A stretch of 64,000 nucleotides of DNA from Podarcis muralis. Its lineage: Eukaryota. Below the pieces are notes generated by a model. It was not told the origin of the DNA, did no database searches, and saw only the letters and a program-made list of their open reading frames with translations. Location: positions 9,610,001-9,674,000 of the forward strand of contig NC_135667.1 of assembly GCF_964188315.1 (NCBI RefSeq), read 5' to 3'. Below, piece after piece: positions 33,479-46,672 of the stretch. The position numbers were made by a program, and so were the translations under genes. The stretch's first letter is position 1. Each line of letters begins with the position of its first letter.

Positions 33479-35877
33479 GTTACAACCACTTGTATTTTGC
33501 TTTGTTTTTAAGGAAAGCATTGAAGACATTCCTAAAGGATGATTCCAACAATGGTGATTTGCCATGAGACTTAAACAGATCTTCCATGTTCATAGGCATT
33601 ATCATTCTCTGGGCAACAAGAAAGGGGGTTTTTAATGTTGGGGGGGGGGGCAAAGCACAAGGGAGAGCCATTGTGTTCCTGCCTTGCATGTATGATCAAG
33701 GCAGGAAGCATCTGGTTAGCAGTTTTTGGAAGCGGGATGCCCCCCTTTTCTGCTGCTCTGATCTAGAGATGCATTTTGTGGTCTTCCAGCTTTTACTCAT
33801 CTCCCATCTAGTCCAGTACTCTGTTCTCACAGATGCCTATGGGAAGCCTGCAAGCTAGACAGGAGTGCAACAGCACTCTGCCCACCTGTGTTTCCCAAGA
33901 ACTGATATTCACAGGCCTACTGCCTCTGGCAGTGGAGGTAGAACTCAGCCACCATGGCTAGTAGCTGCTGATAGCCTTTTCCTCCAGTAATTTGCCTAAG
34001 CCCCTTGCAAAGCCTTCCATTGTTTCCTGTGCAAGCAAGTTTCATATCTTAATAATAATGCATTCTCTGAGTATTTGAGGCCAGGAGTCCACCAGCAGCA
34101 GCTCCACAGCATTCAAACCCTCCGGCTTTGTCCAGGCACTTGCCAAGGAAAACATATCTTAAGTTCCCCAAAGTGCTTCTCTGTCTCTCTCAGGTGGTTT
34201 AATTTCCCTAGTGGGAATGGTTAGGACTGAAGTACTCTTTCCCATATATTTATATTGCTCTTGTAAACCCGCACCAAAGAACTTCATTGTGCTCTACAGG
34301 AAGCAGAATGCAAAAAGATATATGCCTGAAGTATTTGTTCTTTTCCTCCTCATTTATGTGCTCATCTGCACATATACAGGCATCAGAGCAAGAGGCAGAC
34401 AGTGTTATAGTTCGATAGCATCTTTAGCTGCTATTAAGTATCATGCTCTATATTGCATATATTGTTTTTCTCATTATCATAAGTGCTTTGAAAATAGTGG
34501 ATACTGTACAAATACTAGAATATGTGACAATGTTTTCCAGGAAACAAACAGAAAATGTTTACTCTGAGAACCAGTCGGGATGTGTAAAATTGTGAGTACC
34601 CTCTTTCTTTTTCAATCATATGATGATGTGTGGTTTATTTTTCTACATCGATCAAGTGCTATTTGTTATTGAACCAACAAGGTGGTTGCAGCACAATGGG
34701 GTGAGTGGTGAGCCAGTGACCCATATTTTCATCGATTGTGCAAAATTATTGGTCAACTGCAAAAGCTTTACTCAATTGATAGTCCAGTCATGCCACTAAA
34801 GGAACTGAGTGGCAATGTTCAAAAATCTTTCAGCAGAAAACAAAAGGAATTAAGTATATGCTTTACTTCATCTCCATCGATTGCTGTAACTTTTATGTGT
34901 GAATGTTTTGAGGTTCTAAACAGCACCGTGTCTTCAGAGCCACAATCTCACACCTTCTTTAAAAATAATAATAATGAAGTATACACTTAATCCAGATCAT
35001 TAAATGAATATATTTTTTTTTACAGAGCCATATAAGGTTTTCTGCCCAAATTGCAAAACTAAATCTGAAATGCAATTTGCAATCTGGATTTGACCTTTTT
35101 TTTATTTTCAGTCCAAATCTGACATTTTAAATTTTAATTTTAAAATCCCTAAAGTTCACTTTAAAGTGAAATCATATAGTTCAATTATCTACGTGTGTGG
35201 AGGTGCAAGGAATATATGGAGAATTATGAGTTTTGTTCTCCTTAGAAGGAAGGCTAAAGTGGTATAGCGAGACAGGGTTTATGATCATAGATTCATAAAA
35301 TTGTAGTGTTGGAAGGAACCAGAAGGGTTATTAGTTCAGCACTCAGCAATGCAGGAACCCTGACTCTTTTCCAGAGAATGTAATTATTTCTTTGTGCTGT
35401 ATATATGGATAGTTACAGAGGGCAATCTTTCTTTGGAGACTAATAGCATGGGTGGATATTGCCATTGCATCTGCTTATGAGCATTTCTATTGGCCTTTAA
35501 GATCTGTGAAGTGGGTATGTGCTAATAGATAGAATCTGGGGATAGGGAAGCAACCCAATTCAGTTCATGTTAAAATGCAAGCTTACTACACTTTCTGAAA
35601 CAGTACATGACCCAAAACACAGCCGTCCTTCATAATCTGTGTTTCTCCCAATTTAGCAACGCCATTCTCCAGTCAAGTAAAACATACAATAATGCATATA
35701 GTGGGGAGAAGTGAGCATGAAAATTTATATCTTTAAAAAGCATGCAAAATTGGTTTTGAAATGTGAAGAGGCTAGATAAATGAGAAACAGAGAAACAGAT
35801 TCACCCATCCCTAATAGAATCACCTTCTAGATAGAGCATCTCTCTGACCCGGTTTTGCAACTCTTCCCTATGTTTTA

Positions 35878-36834
35878 ATGCAGGTGATGATGGAAAACCA
35901 AACAGTTGTGGTCGAGTTTATTTTACTGGGCTTCCCCAGCATCCAAAAGGTGCGAATTCTAGTGTTTGTGAGTGTCTTGGTGATCTACACCTTGACTGTC
36001 ACTGGGAATATTGTCATCGTGGCCACTGTAGTCCATGACACCACTCTACATAAGCCAATGTACTTCTTCCTTGGAAACCTTTCATTCTTAGGAATCATCT
36101 ATGTGACCGCGACCATACCCAAACTGCTGGCCAACTTACTTTCAATCAAGAAATCAATCAGCCTAGCTGGTTGCAAAGCTCAAGCATTCTCCCATTTTTT
36201 CCTGGGGGCCACCGAATTCTTCCTTCTCACCGCCATGGCGTATGATCGCTACATGGCTATTTGCCACCCTCTCCACTACCATGCCATCATGAGCAGTAAG
36301 GTTTGTGTTCAGCTGGCTTGTGGCTCTTGGCTCGGTGGCTTGATGACGGTCTTGGTGCAGACGATTCTAGTGTTCCGCCTGCCTTTCTGTGGCCCCAATA
36401 TCATCAATCACTTCTACTGCGACGTTGGACCATTGCTGAAGCTGGCTTGCACTGACACTCGCCCCATAGAGTGGATCGTCTTCATCGTGGCCACCATTGT
36501 GGTCTTCTGCAATTCCCTGATGACGGTGGTTTCGTACATCTTCATCATCTCCACCGTGATGAGAATCCCGTCAGCCTCTGGGAGGCAGAAAGCTTTCTCC
36601 ACTTGCATTGCTCACTTGATGGTTGTCATCATGCTGTATGGGGCAATCATCTTTATCTACGTCAGGCCAAGCGGACATGCCTCTTTGGGTTGGAACAAGC
36701 TGGTATCCCTCCTAAACACCCTAGTCACTCCACTGCTGAACCCTTTCATATATACACTCAGGAACAAGGAAGTGAAAGATGCCCTGAAAAAGGGATTCAC
36801 CAGGAATAAAGTATTTGAGGACAACAAATGGTAA
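35878..36834 (+). CDS. Olfactory receptor, family 6-like, intact (start may be 35887 or 35890)
   Basis: [43 protein letters not shown]. Confidence 0.93.
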   Translation: MQVMMENQTVVVEFILLGFPSIQKVRILVFVSVLVIYTLTVTGNIVIVATVVHDTTLHKPMYFFLGNLSFLGIIYVTATIPKLLANLLSIKKSISLAGCKAQAFSHFFLGATEFFLLTAMAYDRYMAICHPLHYHAIMSSKVCVQLACGSWLGGLMTVLVQTILVFRLPFCGPNIINHFYCDVGPLLKLACTDTRPIEWIVFIVATIVVFCNSLMTVVSYIFIISTVMRIPSASGRQKAFSTCIAHLMVVIMLYGAIIFIYVRPSGHASLGWNKLVSLLNTLVTPLLNPFIYTLRNKEVKDALKKGFTRNKVFEDNKW

Positions 36835-39800
36835 ATGAAAGGAGGATTATGCACAATGTGGATGGGATTGGGTCTAGTGGAACTTTTCACTGGGAGATGT
36901 ACAGAACTCAGAAATCGCATCTGATCAACCCATATACTTGTGCTATTTTCCCCAGGTATGGAGGTGTCAGTTTATAATGGACAAGAAATGGATAATGAAC
37001 AGTAGGCACCTGAGGTTTAGGGAATATACTATTACTGGGCGGGAAATACACATGTGCTATGCCAGAGAAATGGGACATTAGATCTTAGCACCTTCATATA
37101 CATACCCACTGTGACTATGAACTCAGTTAGGTGGCATTGGGGAACTCACTCATAGCTCAGCATGGTCCCTTTTCATGAAATGGGGACTTACTTTATAGAG
37201 ATGTTTCGAAACTGGGTGAGAAATTAAAGATGTTGGGAGCTGACAAAATGTGGGCAGAATAAATTTGTGGCAGAAGCGTAAGGAATAGTTCGAATTTTCA
37301 TGTACAGTTGGATATTATTTTTTTTAAAAAAAGAAATCATCAAATTGTGTTGGATTGTCAAATTATTGTTGCATTCTTTGGAAGATGAATGGAAAGAATG
37401 GCCTACAAAGATCACATAAAGCATTTTTTACTTCTTTATTGATAGATCTTGTCACACACAAAACATATACGACTGTGGGCAAATTCAACTTTGGCTTTCT
37501 TATTGTGAATGATTATTTACTTTTGTGCTATGGTTGTTTTCATGCATTTTTTACAACTCTTTTTTTTAAAGTGAAATAAATAAAATAGAACATATTAGGT
37601 TGAATTATTTTCCATGAAATGACATGAATAAGGGAAGATCTGTGTGACAGGAAATGCCTGGAAGTTGTCACCTCCTAAATCTTATCTAGAAGGAGAGGTA
37701 TATATGCTTCCAGAGATGGATTGCTATTTATCAAGGGAAATACAACTGGAATGATCACCAACACCAGATGTAACATTAAGGACTATAACTTTAAGGAATT
37801 GTGCTTGAGCTAGATTCTCTTGCCTCCCTCCCCTTTCCTGTTTCCTTATGTGTCATGTCTTTTTAGTTTGTGAACCTAATGGAGGAACCATCTTAGAACT
37901 TACTCTGTAACCTGCTCTGAAAACATTTTTTTAAAACTAAAGGGTAGGGTGTAAATGCTGTAAATGAATAAAATAAAAAAAAATGAAAATCTTTTATAGA
38001 ATGTTGCAGTTTCCCCCCTGCACTAAGGGTGTGCTTGTGTGAATGTGACAGTTGTAACATAGCCATAGGGTGGCCCTGGCAAGGCTTCAGTGTTGGATAT
38101 GATGACTTGTGTAGTCTAATGTGGTCATGGGATATTTGGGCAGGTTTGCCACAGGTCAATTCCAAAGTATTAAATGATGCTTCTCTAATTCATGGTGTGT
38201 ATATTGCAGCAAGAAAACTAGAATATGTGTGCATTTGTGTATTTCCTGATTAGTAGTAAAAGCCTACAAGATCAGATCAGAATTCACCAGGTGATTCCTA
38301 AAAGCTAATAGCAATCAGGATGTCAGACAATTATATCAGAGGTGTTTGATGGTGCCTGCCTTAACTTATGAAATACTTCACATTATGCGAACGTCTGAAT
38401 GGGTTTTTAGACCTCATCCTGTAAATAGAGCATATAGGCAAAGAGCAGCAAAAATTGGAAGCTAATGAGATTGCAAAGAAAGTCCTCTAATCCTCTAAAG
38501 TGTTTTAGCTGCTTTGGGTTTTTTTTCTTTTATGAAATAAATAAGGTAAAAAAATAAATCATCAAAAGAGTTCATTGTGTCTGGAGTACTTTGGATGAGT
38601 TTGTTTTCTTCTTCAAAAGAGTTGATCCTTCACAGATAACTGGCCCTTGTTGATTAATTTCTGCATTAATTTTCTGCTTTGTGGAACAGAGAAAGTCTTC
38701 ACTATATTTCCATCTTGAAGACTTATGCTATTGAAAAAGCTCTGAGAGCTAGAAATCTTCCACAAATTGGCCCCTTGATGATTATGAAAGCTCTTAAGGT
38801 TTTTAAATCTCTTGGGTTTGACAAGAATCTGAAATTGCCCTAAGATGCACTTGACAGTTCCAAAACCACTGAGAGTGGATGTTTGTGTCTGAATGCACAA
38901 TTTGAAGAGAGAGAAGTAACTTAGACAAGAAAGCAACTCTTAAACTCAATATTTCGTAATTACTGACTAACTGGAGATAACTTATCTGTACTTCAAAAAA
39001 AAATCAAGATCCTTAGTTACTTTTAGGGTGGAGATTATTTGCATTGAAAGCTCTTGTCCCTCAAAGTTATCTGGATGTTTTGCTTCAGATTTAATTGGTA
39101 GAGCCAACTACATCTAAGGCAACCTGGTATTACTTAATTATTTTATTTCTTAAAATTTATTTACCATTTGATTGTAAAACCAAAAAACACTTCATATCTA
39201 TTGTTTATGCCTCTGCTGTTCCAGCCTATTAGTATGTATTTATTTATCAATGCATTGATAACCTGACTTTTAACCATAATTTCTGAGGGGCTTCACAACC
39301 CTTTTTTTAAAAAGCAGGAAAAAGCGATACAATATATAAATTAAATTCAAGTTAAATTAAGGAAGCATCTGAACATCCAGTTTTGAGCAGTATGGAAAAT
39401 ACCATTAAAAGGACACCTAGTTCCCATTAAATATTGGGGTGTGAGAGAGAAGTGTCTCCTTGAGTCACATGAGAGGGTCCAAAACAAATGCGAAAGAAAA
39501 GGGGGTTTCACTCCATTTAGAAATAGCAGCATTTAAAATATCTAACAAAGTGGAAGATGTTCATCTCTCTGCTTCCCTTTTTTCTCAATCCTTTTTCCAT
39601 TTGTGAATCTATGGGACTCTAAGAAGCTTCTCTGAATCTTTTGTTAGCACCACTCATTTACTAGCAGTCATCACAACTTACTAGGTTTGAAGTTGATCAC
39701 ATCAATCAACAAGCCAAGGAGAGCCACATCAACTTAGTAGGATGTCAGTCAGTCCTACTAAGGTGAGTTGTTTTCTAAATATTATTTAGTAAAAACTACC

Positions 39801-40132
39801 TGCTAACCAGAAGGTTGGTGGTTCGAGTCCATCCAGGAATGGCTGTGAGCAGGATTCCTGTATTACAGGGGCTTGGACTAGATGACCACCAGAGTCCTTT
39901 CCGTCTCTATGTTTCTATGATTCTATGAAAAGGCTAAACAGCCTTAGAAGTCTAACAAAAAAAAAATTGTGCATGAGCATTCCTGGGGGCAACTACCTTT
40001 ATCAGCTGTGTTCATCAAATGAAGGTCTTAAAATATATTTGCTAGAATAACATGTGGTTCTGATGATGCAGCAAGAGCTCAGCTTCAGTTTGTTGTTGTT
40101 TAAAAAGTATGTTCCATTGCAGAGGGCAAAGA

Positions 40133-41086
40133 ATGGATCCAGAGACCAACAACCAGTCATCAGTGAAGGAATTTGTTTTCCTCTCTTTCCCATCCCACCG
40201 TGAGGTTCAGATCTTCTCCTTTGTGGTCCTGCTTTTCACATACCTGCTCACCCTCACGGGAAACGTGGTCATCCTCTCCATTATATGGACTGACCTGCGA
40301 CTCCACACTCCTATGTACTTCTTCCTCAGTAATTTGTCTTTTCTGGACATCCTATTCACTACCGTGATTGCCCCCAAAATGCTGTCCAGCCTCCTGGCTG
40401 AAAAGAAAACCATTTTGTTCACAGGCTGCATCACTCAGACATATTTTTATTTCTTCCTGGAAACGGTGGAGTTTATCCTCTTAGCAGTCATGTCCTTTGA
40501 TCGGTACGTGGCCATATGTCATCCATTAAGGTACACCATCATTATGAATGGACATGTGTGCTTCCTTCTGGTTCTGGGCTGTTGGGTAGGGGCTTTCCTC
40601 TCAGTTCTTTGCCCTACAGTTGTTGTCTCCAGACTTCCATACTGCCGCCACAACATCAACCACTTCTTTTGCGACATTGCACCTCTGCTGGAAGTAGCCT
40701 GCGTGGACACTCACTTCATTGAGCTCCTTAACTTCCTTCTGTCTTCCTTGGTGGTCCTCAGCTCATTGGTGCTCACTGTGGTCTCTTACAGCTATATCAT
40801 CTCCACCATCCTGAAAATCCCATCTGTCCAAGGGAGGCAAAAGGCCTTCTCCACCTGCGCCTCTCACATCACTGTGGTCACCATCGCTTACGGGAGTTCC
40901 ATCTTCATGTATGTCCGTCCAAATCAAAGCTACTCTCTGGCTTTTGATAAGGTTGCTGCCATCCTGACCACAGTGGTGACTCCTCTTTTGAACCCTTTCA
41001 TATACAGCCTCAGGAATGAGAAGGTCAAAGAAGTTTTGAGGGAAGCCCTAAGCAGGACATTTTGCTCTAAGGAGGTGGTTTCCTGA
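40133..41086 (+). CDS. OR6M1: Olfactory receptor 6M1-like, intact
   Basis: All OR motifs present. Long stretches ([68 protein letters not shown]) match mammalian OR6M1 as I recall it; orthology is unverified. Confidence 0.85.
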   Translation: MDPETNNQSSVKEFVFLSFPSHREVQIFSFVVLLFTYLLTLTGNVVILSIIWTDLRLHTPMYFFLSNLSFLDILFTTVIAPKMLSSLLAEKKTILFTGCITQTYFYFFLETVEFILLAVMSFDRYVAICHPLRYTIIMNGHVCFLLVLGCWVGAFLSVLCPTVVVSRLPYCRHNINHFFCDIAPLLEVACVDTHFIELLNFLLSSLVVLSSLVLTVVSYSYIISTILKIPSVQGRQKAFSTCASHITVVTIAYGSSIFMYVRPNQSYSLAFDKVAAILTTVVTPLLNPFIYSLRNEKVKEVLREALSRTFCSKEVVS

Positions 41087-41710
41087 TTCAGGCTTGTGTG
41101 CCATTTCTTCCCATGTAAGGAAGTTAAGGACTGGGAATACTCTTTTGGACTTTGGAGGTTAACACCTTTGGAGCATCAGTTTAAACACATTTACCTGAGA
41201 ATATGTACAACTGATCTCAATTGAACTTATTTCACTGGACATGCATAGGACTGTACATTTTGGGAGTTACAGTATACCATGAGATTTAAGATCATATAGG
41301 ACTACCATACATTTAAAGCACATGACTTCCATTAAAGTGTTACACCTCACAGAGCTATAATTCCCAGAACCCTTAACAAACTACAGTTCTCAGGATTTAG
41401 AGGGGAGATGCCATGTGCTTTAAATATGCTGTATACGCAGCATCCAGCATTTAGTAAGCTATCTGTTTGACTCACAATCAATATAATGCAAGGTTTTGCG
41501 TTGTCAGCTCCACATCTCCACCCTTTTGTTACAGACACATCAAAATACTCCAGAAGCCCTCAAATTCTTGTTTGGCCTAGCTTTTAACAATTCGGATTAA
41601 GCAGGTTAGGGTTAAGAGCTGGTTTCCATCAAATATAGTATGTTATATGTTATATAGTATGTTATAGAGCTGATTTGCCAGTACAGCTATTCCTAGGAAA
41701 AATAGCCAGG

Positions 41711-41765
<55 letters not shown>

Positions 41766-41770
41766 TCTTC

Positions 41771-41953
41771 ATGTATGTGAGACCCAATGTTCATCCCTTG
41801 TCCTGCGTAAGCTGGATAGTGGCAGTCTTAAACATTGCCCTCGTGCCAATGCTGAACATGGAAGTGAAAGAGGCTCCCAGGAGTGTGATATTGAAGAAGA
41901 CAGAGTTCCTTAAAGAAGTTCTTGAAAAAATGTGTTTAAAATTGCAAGTGTGA
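41771..41953 (+). pseudogene. 3' fragment of an OR6X1-like OR (subfamily of 46673/51203/58640)
   Basis: MYVRPNVH...VAVLNIALVPMLN, then the PFIYTIRN segment is missing, then EVKEA.RS. Confidence 0.75.
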
Positions 41954-42495
41954 TGCTTCCTACCTATTGCTACTAGTAGCACAAGAACGGGGGGCCTTCT
42001 CTGTAGTGGCCCCCATCTATGGAATACTCTCCCCAGGGAAGTTCACCTGGAACCTTCATTATACACCTTTAGGTGCCGGGCAAATATGTTCCTTTTTTCA
42101 TCAGCCTTTGGTTGATCTGACTGACAGACTATGCCCTTTTAAAATGTGTTTGTTTGGTTTTTTGGTCGAGGGGTTATTGGGTTGTTGTTTTCATATTGAT
42201 TATATATATGGTGGTTTTTATGTTGATTTTGCTCTGTGAACCACCCTGAGACCTTCTGAGTATAGGGCAGTATATAAGTTCAATTAAAAAATAGTACTAC
42301 TACGAACACCAGCTCCCTCGGCCTGAAAACAAGATGAGCACCCCATCCCATAGTCGCCTTTGACTGAACTTAACTGTCCAGGGTTCCTTTACCTTTTAAC
42401 TTACTTTGTGCTACTACTAACTTCTCCAGTGAAAGAGAAGGTGAGATGTGGGTTACCTTTTTATAGGAGGATTCTGAGAAATATTTTTTGGATGA

Positions 42496-42864
42496 TGTAT
42501 GTCCATCCAAATCAAAGCTACTCTCTGGCTTTTGATAAGGTTGCTGCCATCCTGACCACAGTGGTGACTCCTCTTTTGAACCCTTTCATATACAGCCTCA
42601 GGAATGAGAAGGTCAAAGAAGTTTTGAGGGAAGCCCTAAGCAGGACATTTTGCTCTAAGGAGGTGGTTTCCTGATTCAGGCTTGTGTGCCACTTCTTCCC
42701 ATGTAAGGAAGTTAAGGACAGGGAATACTTTTTTGGACTTTGGAGGTTAACACCTTTGGAGCATCAGTTTAAACACATTTACCTGGGAATATGTACAACT
42801 GATCTCAATTGAACTTATTTCACTTGACATGCATAGGACTGTACATTTTGGGAGTTACAGTATG
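42496..42864 (+). pseudogene. Partial duplicate of the OR6M1-like 3' end and downstream flank
   Basis: Nearly identical to about 40907-41275, with a handful of substitutions. Confidence 0.9.
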
Positions 42865-44102
42865 GATGATGTATTTGGGGCACATATAATATTAAAGCTG
42901 CAATCCCAACCCCATTTACCTGGGAGCAAGCCTCACTACATTCCATGTGAATAACATCTGAGTAGGCATGGTTAGAGCTGCAGTGAATTTTCAAAATGGC
43001 AGTGTGTTGTTGTTGTTAATTGTTTATTAAGGTCAGTTTTTTACATCATGCACAAATGCCTAGCAGTTTCCTTTCATTTGTGGAATGATTTGCACCTTTG
43101 TGTACATGTCATTTAGTGAATACCATTTAATTCCTTCAAACGTGTGGCTTTGCTATTGGAATTGTCAGTTACTACTGCAAGCCACTGTGGCTGCTCTTTG
43201 TGTACTCTAAGACCCTCTGTATTCAGTATATACACATTAGAGGCTTAAAATACAGCGAGGTCTCTTTCAAGCTGCATTTTCATGTACACATCCAAGATGG
43301 AGTGAAGATATCTTCACCCAACATGCATTGCCTGTTTGGTTTCCCTATCTTTGCCACACACACACTCACTCCCATGCTGGAACTCCTATTCACGAAACTG
43401 CCTTCTGCAAATAGATGCTCACCTATGCATGCACAACAGCTGTTTCAGATGAACAGACCTGACTTAAGTACAATGTGAACAAGAAGTAAGTGATAATGTG
43501 TACAAAAGTAGGATTGCAAAAATAGGAAATTGATTGATTGATTTTTGCAAATGGGGAAGTTAAACCCCTTATTGAATTTCTCCTATTTAAACGAATGAAA
43601 TGTTTAGTTTTGCCCAAGTGTGGCCTTATGTTGTCCATATACACTTCTGAGAACAATGGTTTCCTTGGATCATTCTGTGTTTCCAGATCTTAGACAAGAA
43701 AAACCACACACACACACCTGATGCAGTCTTGTTCTGATGTTTATATAGCCCACCTCTGTAAGTTGTGCACTAGGGTGAATTTCATATGATCAAATATTTA
43801 ACAGGCATACAGTCTTGCCGAAAAGAGGGAGGGAAAGGATCAGCTGAAAAAGGCAGTATTCATGATTTGTCTAATGGCCCTTATTAAACCATCAAACACT
43901 TGATAGGGATGTTGGAAGATGCATTATAATGAGTCAGACCACAGGTCTATTGAGATCAGTATTGTCTACACTGGCTGCAGCTCTCCAGGGTTTCAGACTG
44001 GGGTTATCAGTAGCAGTCAGTGTGGTGGGGCAGAGCCACATTTCTTTTAATTCCCCTAACAGACACTTTGTGTAAATCGGGTCCTCCCTTAAAGAGGGCA
44101 CG

Positions 44103-44850
44103 TGTTGCAGTGAGGCCTGGCAACCAAACCCTGTGTTGTGGGTGGGTACGATTGGATAGCCACAACACCCGATTGGTAGGTCCCTTGATGCAGGGTTTGA
44201 TCAGGCCAATGGGAGGCAGCCAAAACGGATCAAGGGACCTATATATACCTATGCACATGACCCAGAGCTTCCTCTTTCGGTGCGTGCATCAGAACACCCA
44301 CCCACCTCTCCCTATTTTCCATGGCTGTGTGCTTGACCTTGTTATGCCGTCGTCTGGACAGGGGCACTGCAGGAATTTCCCCACTTGGCTGATTGGCTGG
44401 TGCCATTTGGGTTTCGCCTGCCACGTAGCAAATCGTCACACCTTGTAAGGTTGTGGAAAGGCTCTGGTTCAGGTGATAGGGATGGGGGAACACTCCCACC
44501 ATCCCTATGTGAAGGGTATTTCATTAAAGGAATCCAGGGACTCAGGGGTTTGGTCAACCCTGTGAGGGGGTTGTGCCTGTGCCGGAGTCCAGGCGGACAT
44601 CTGGGTGGTGGACATAGCCTGTTCCCGTCTTTCCGCCTATCTGGGTTTTCACCCTAGACTCACCTATGCTGGTGCCCTGGGTCAGCGCTATCTGCAACGG
44701 TGCAGAGAGCTAGTCGAACCAGAGCCTATGCAACCACTCACTTGCTGTAATCAATAAAGTGTGGCCTAAATTCTGCCAAAAACCAAACCAAAATTTGAGT
44801 CTTGTCTGAATTTATTTAAGGGGGAGGTTTAAAGGTCTGAACACGCAACA
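44103..44850 (+). mobile_element. LTR (ERV/Gypsy-type), probably a 3' LTR or solo LTR
   Basis: TGTTGC...GCAACA termini, CCAAT boxes, TATATATA near 44240, AATAAA near 44752, purine run just upstream; no TSD found. Confidence 0.65.
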
Positions 44851-45777
44851 TCTTGTCTGATGAAAATATGTTGAGATCTCAAACGCTTCTCACAGCTTGG
44901 TGACATTTTGCTTGTGTCTACTAAAGATAGTGACCAGCTGTGGACTCTCTTCTCCTCCACACACTCTTATGAACCAACATGACCAACTTCACATTTTAGG
45001 CATTCTGAATATTATGTCAAACTGTAGATGGTTGTTTATTAAGCCAGCTGAGATTCCAAATATGGATATTTGCCCATCTGAAGAATACAGAAACGCACAC
45101 ATGCACACACAATCCAGCTTCACCAGGCTTCTGCCTGACATATTTTATCTAGAGAAAACTCTACATAACTCTAGTTTGATCTAGATTCATAAATAGTGAG
45201 AATACTCATGAGACAACCCTTCCCTCTTGGACATCATTCTCATGAGAAATGCATATCCAACAAAACCATGTGTTATATTATGTTGAGAGACTTGACGAAA
45301 TAGCCTCTCATGAGAAATGCTTGGCACGTGGACAAATTGGTTGCTTGGAAGATCAAAGAAAATAAATGACCTGCTCAAAAGCCGTCCTTTCTAATGAAGA
45401 TTCTCTATTCCTGTGGAACTGTAGTAAGGATAAGCACTGTGTTATCATAGCAATTTAATCAAGTTGAAGCATTCATGTAGAACACAACTTTGTCATGTGA
45501 TGGTGAAAATAGGCGCAAGATGGGGTCTAAAAAAGCCAAGAGGCATTGCAGCGGGTGTTATTCTTACAGAGTTTCAGCCTGTTGATTGTGTTGAAGACTT
45601 TCCTTTATTTTGTATCTCTCAATTGCTTTCATCTCCAGAATCATGAGACATTCTTTCCCACAATTGGAGTAGACATGTAATAAATCTTTTAAAAATAAGT
45701 AGAGTAGTGACATTTCTAATATATTGCATATACTGTCCTGGTTATTCATAAAGTGTTATGCACTACTAAAGACTTCC

Positions 45778-46303
45778 TTTTTAAAAATAAATAAATAACT
45801 TTTATTCAAAATTATAACAAAACATATTTTCCAAAAACATATCCTTATTTCCCCCCCCATTTTTCCTCCCCCCATAAAACCCATCCCCCCACTTCCCTCA
45901 GTTCCAGTCTTTGGTTTCTCCAATAATGCTATTTTCTGCATGTTACAGAGTTGCATAGATCCTCCAACTGTTTAGCTTATTATTATCAGCAAAAAAATTG
46001 TGAATGTTTATTCAAAACCTGCCAAGGAGTCCAGTTCACTTTGTCGCATCTTCAAATACTTTGTGAAAGGTTCCCATTTATCCTTATTTCGTCGTTTATG
46101 TGTCAGTTTTGCCAGTTTTGCATAGTCCATCAATTTTTCTTGCCATGATTCTTTAATCGGAGTTTCTTCAGTCTTTCATCCTTGTGCTACCAGAACTCTC
46201 GTGGCCATTGTCGCATACATAAAGATGTTTTTCAACTTTAGTTTTTAACATTTGTTAAAAAACCCGAGGCATTTTTGTTGGGGATTGTAGGGAAAGACCT
46301 GCC
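45778..46303 (-). mobile_element. Short L1 insertion with 5' inversion
   Basis: The 3' part is on the minus strand (KNIFMYAT...) and the immediately upstream ORF2 segment (FVKKPEAFLLGIVGKDLP) is on the plus strand. TSD AAGACTTCC (45769-45777 and 46304-46312). Confidence 0.8.
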
Positions 46304-46672
46304 AAGACTTCCAACACCATGAAAAAGGAGCTACCATGAGCTATCGTTGAATAACCAGGAAAAATGATAGAGGATTTCTTAGCTGATGGCGTAAAAGTGA
46401 TGACAGAACTTTAAAACAAAATTCCATAAGGATCTATCTTCATTGATGGTAAGTTTATTTTCCTTCAGTGTTTCTGCCTATTATATTCAGGATGAATTGC
46501 TATTTTCTCCATAGTTTACTATTTTTGACTCTTCACGTGGCTTTCCATTTGTCTTCTTTTGCAGCCTAGGTCAGTTTAATTCTGTCAATCTGGAAAAAAT
46601 CATTACGTGTGTGTGTGTGAAGTTTTGGACATACTTTGAACCACCTCAGAGGATTATTGGAGTTGTTCTGCT

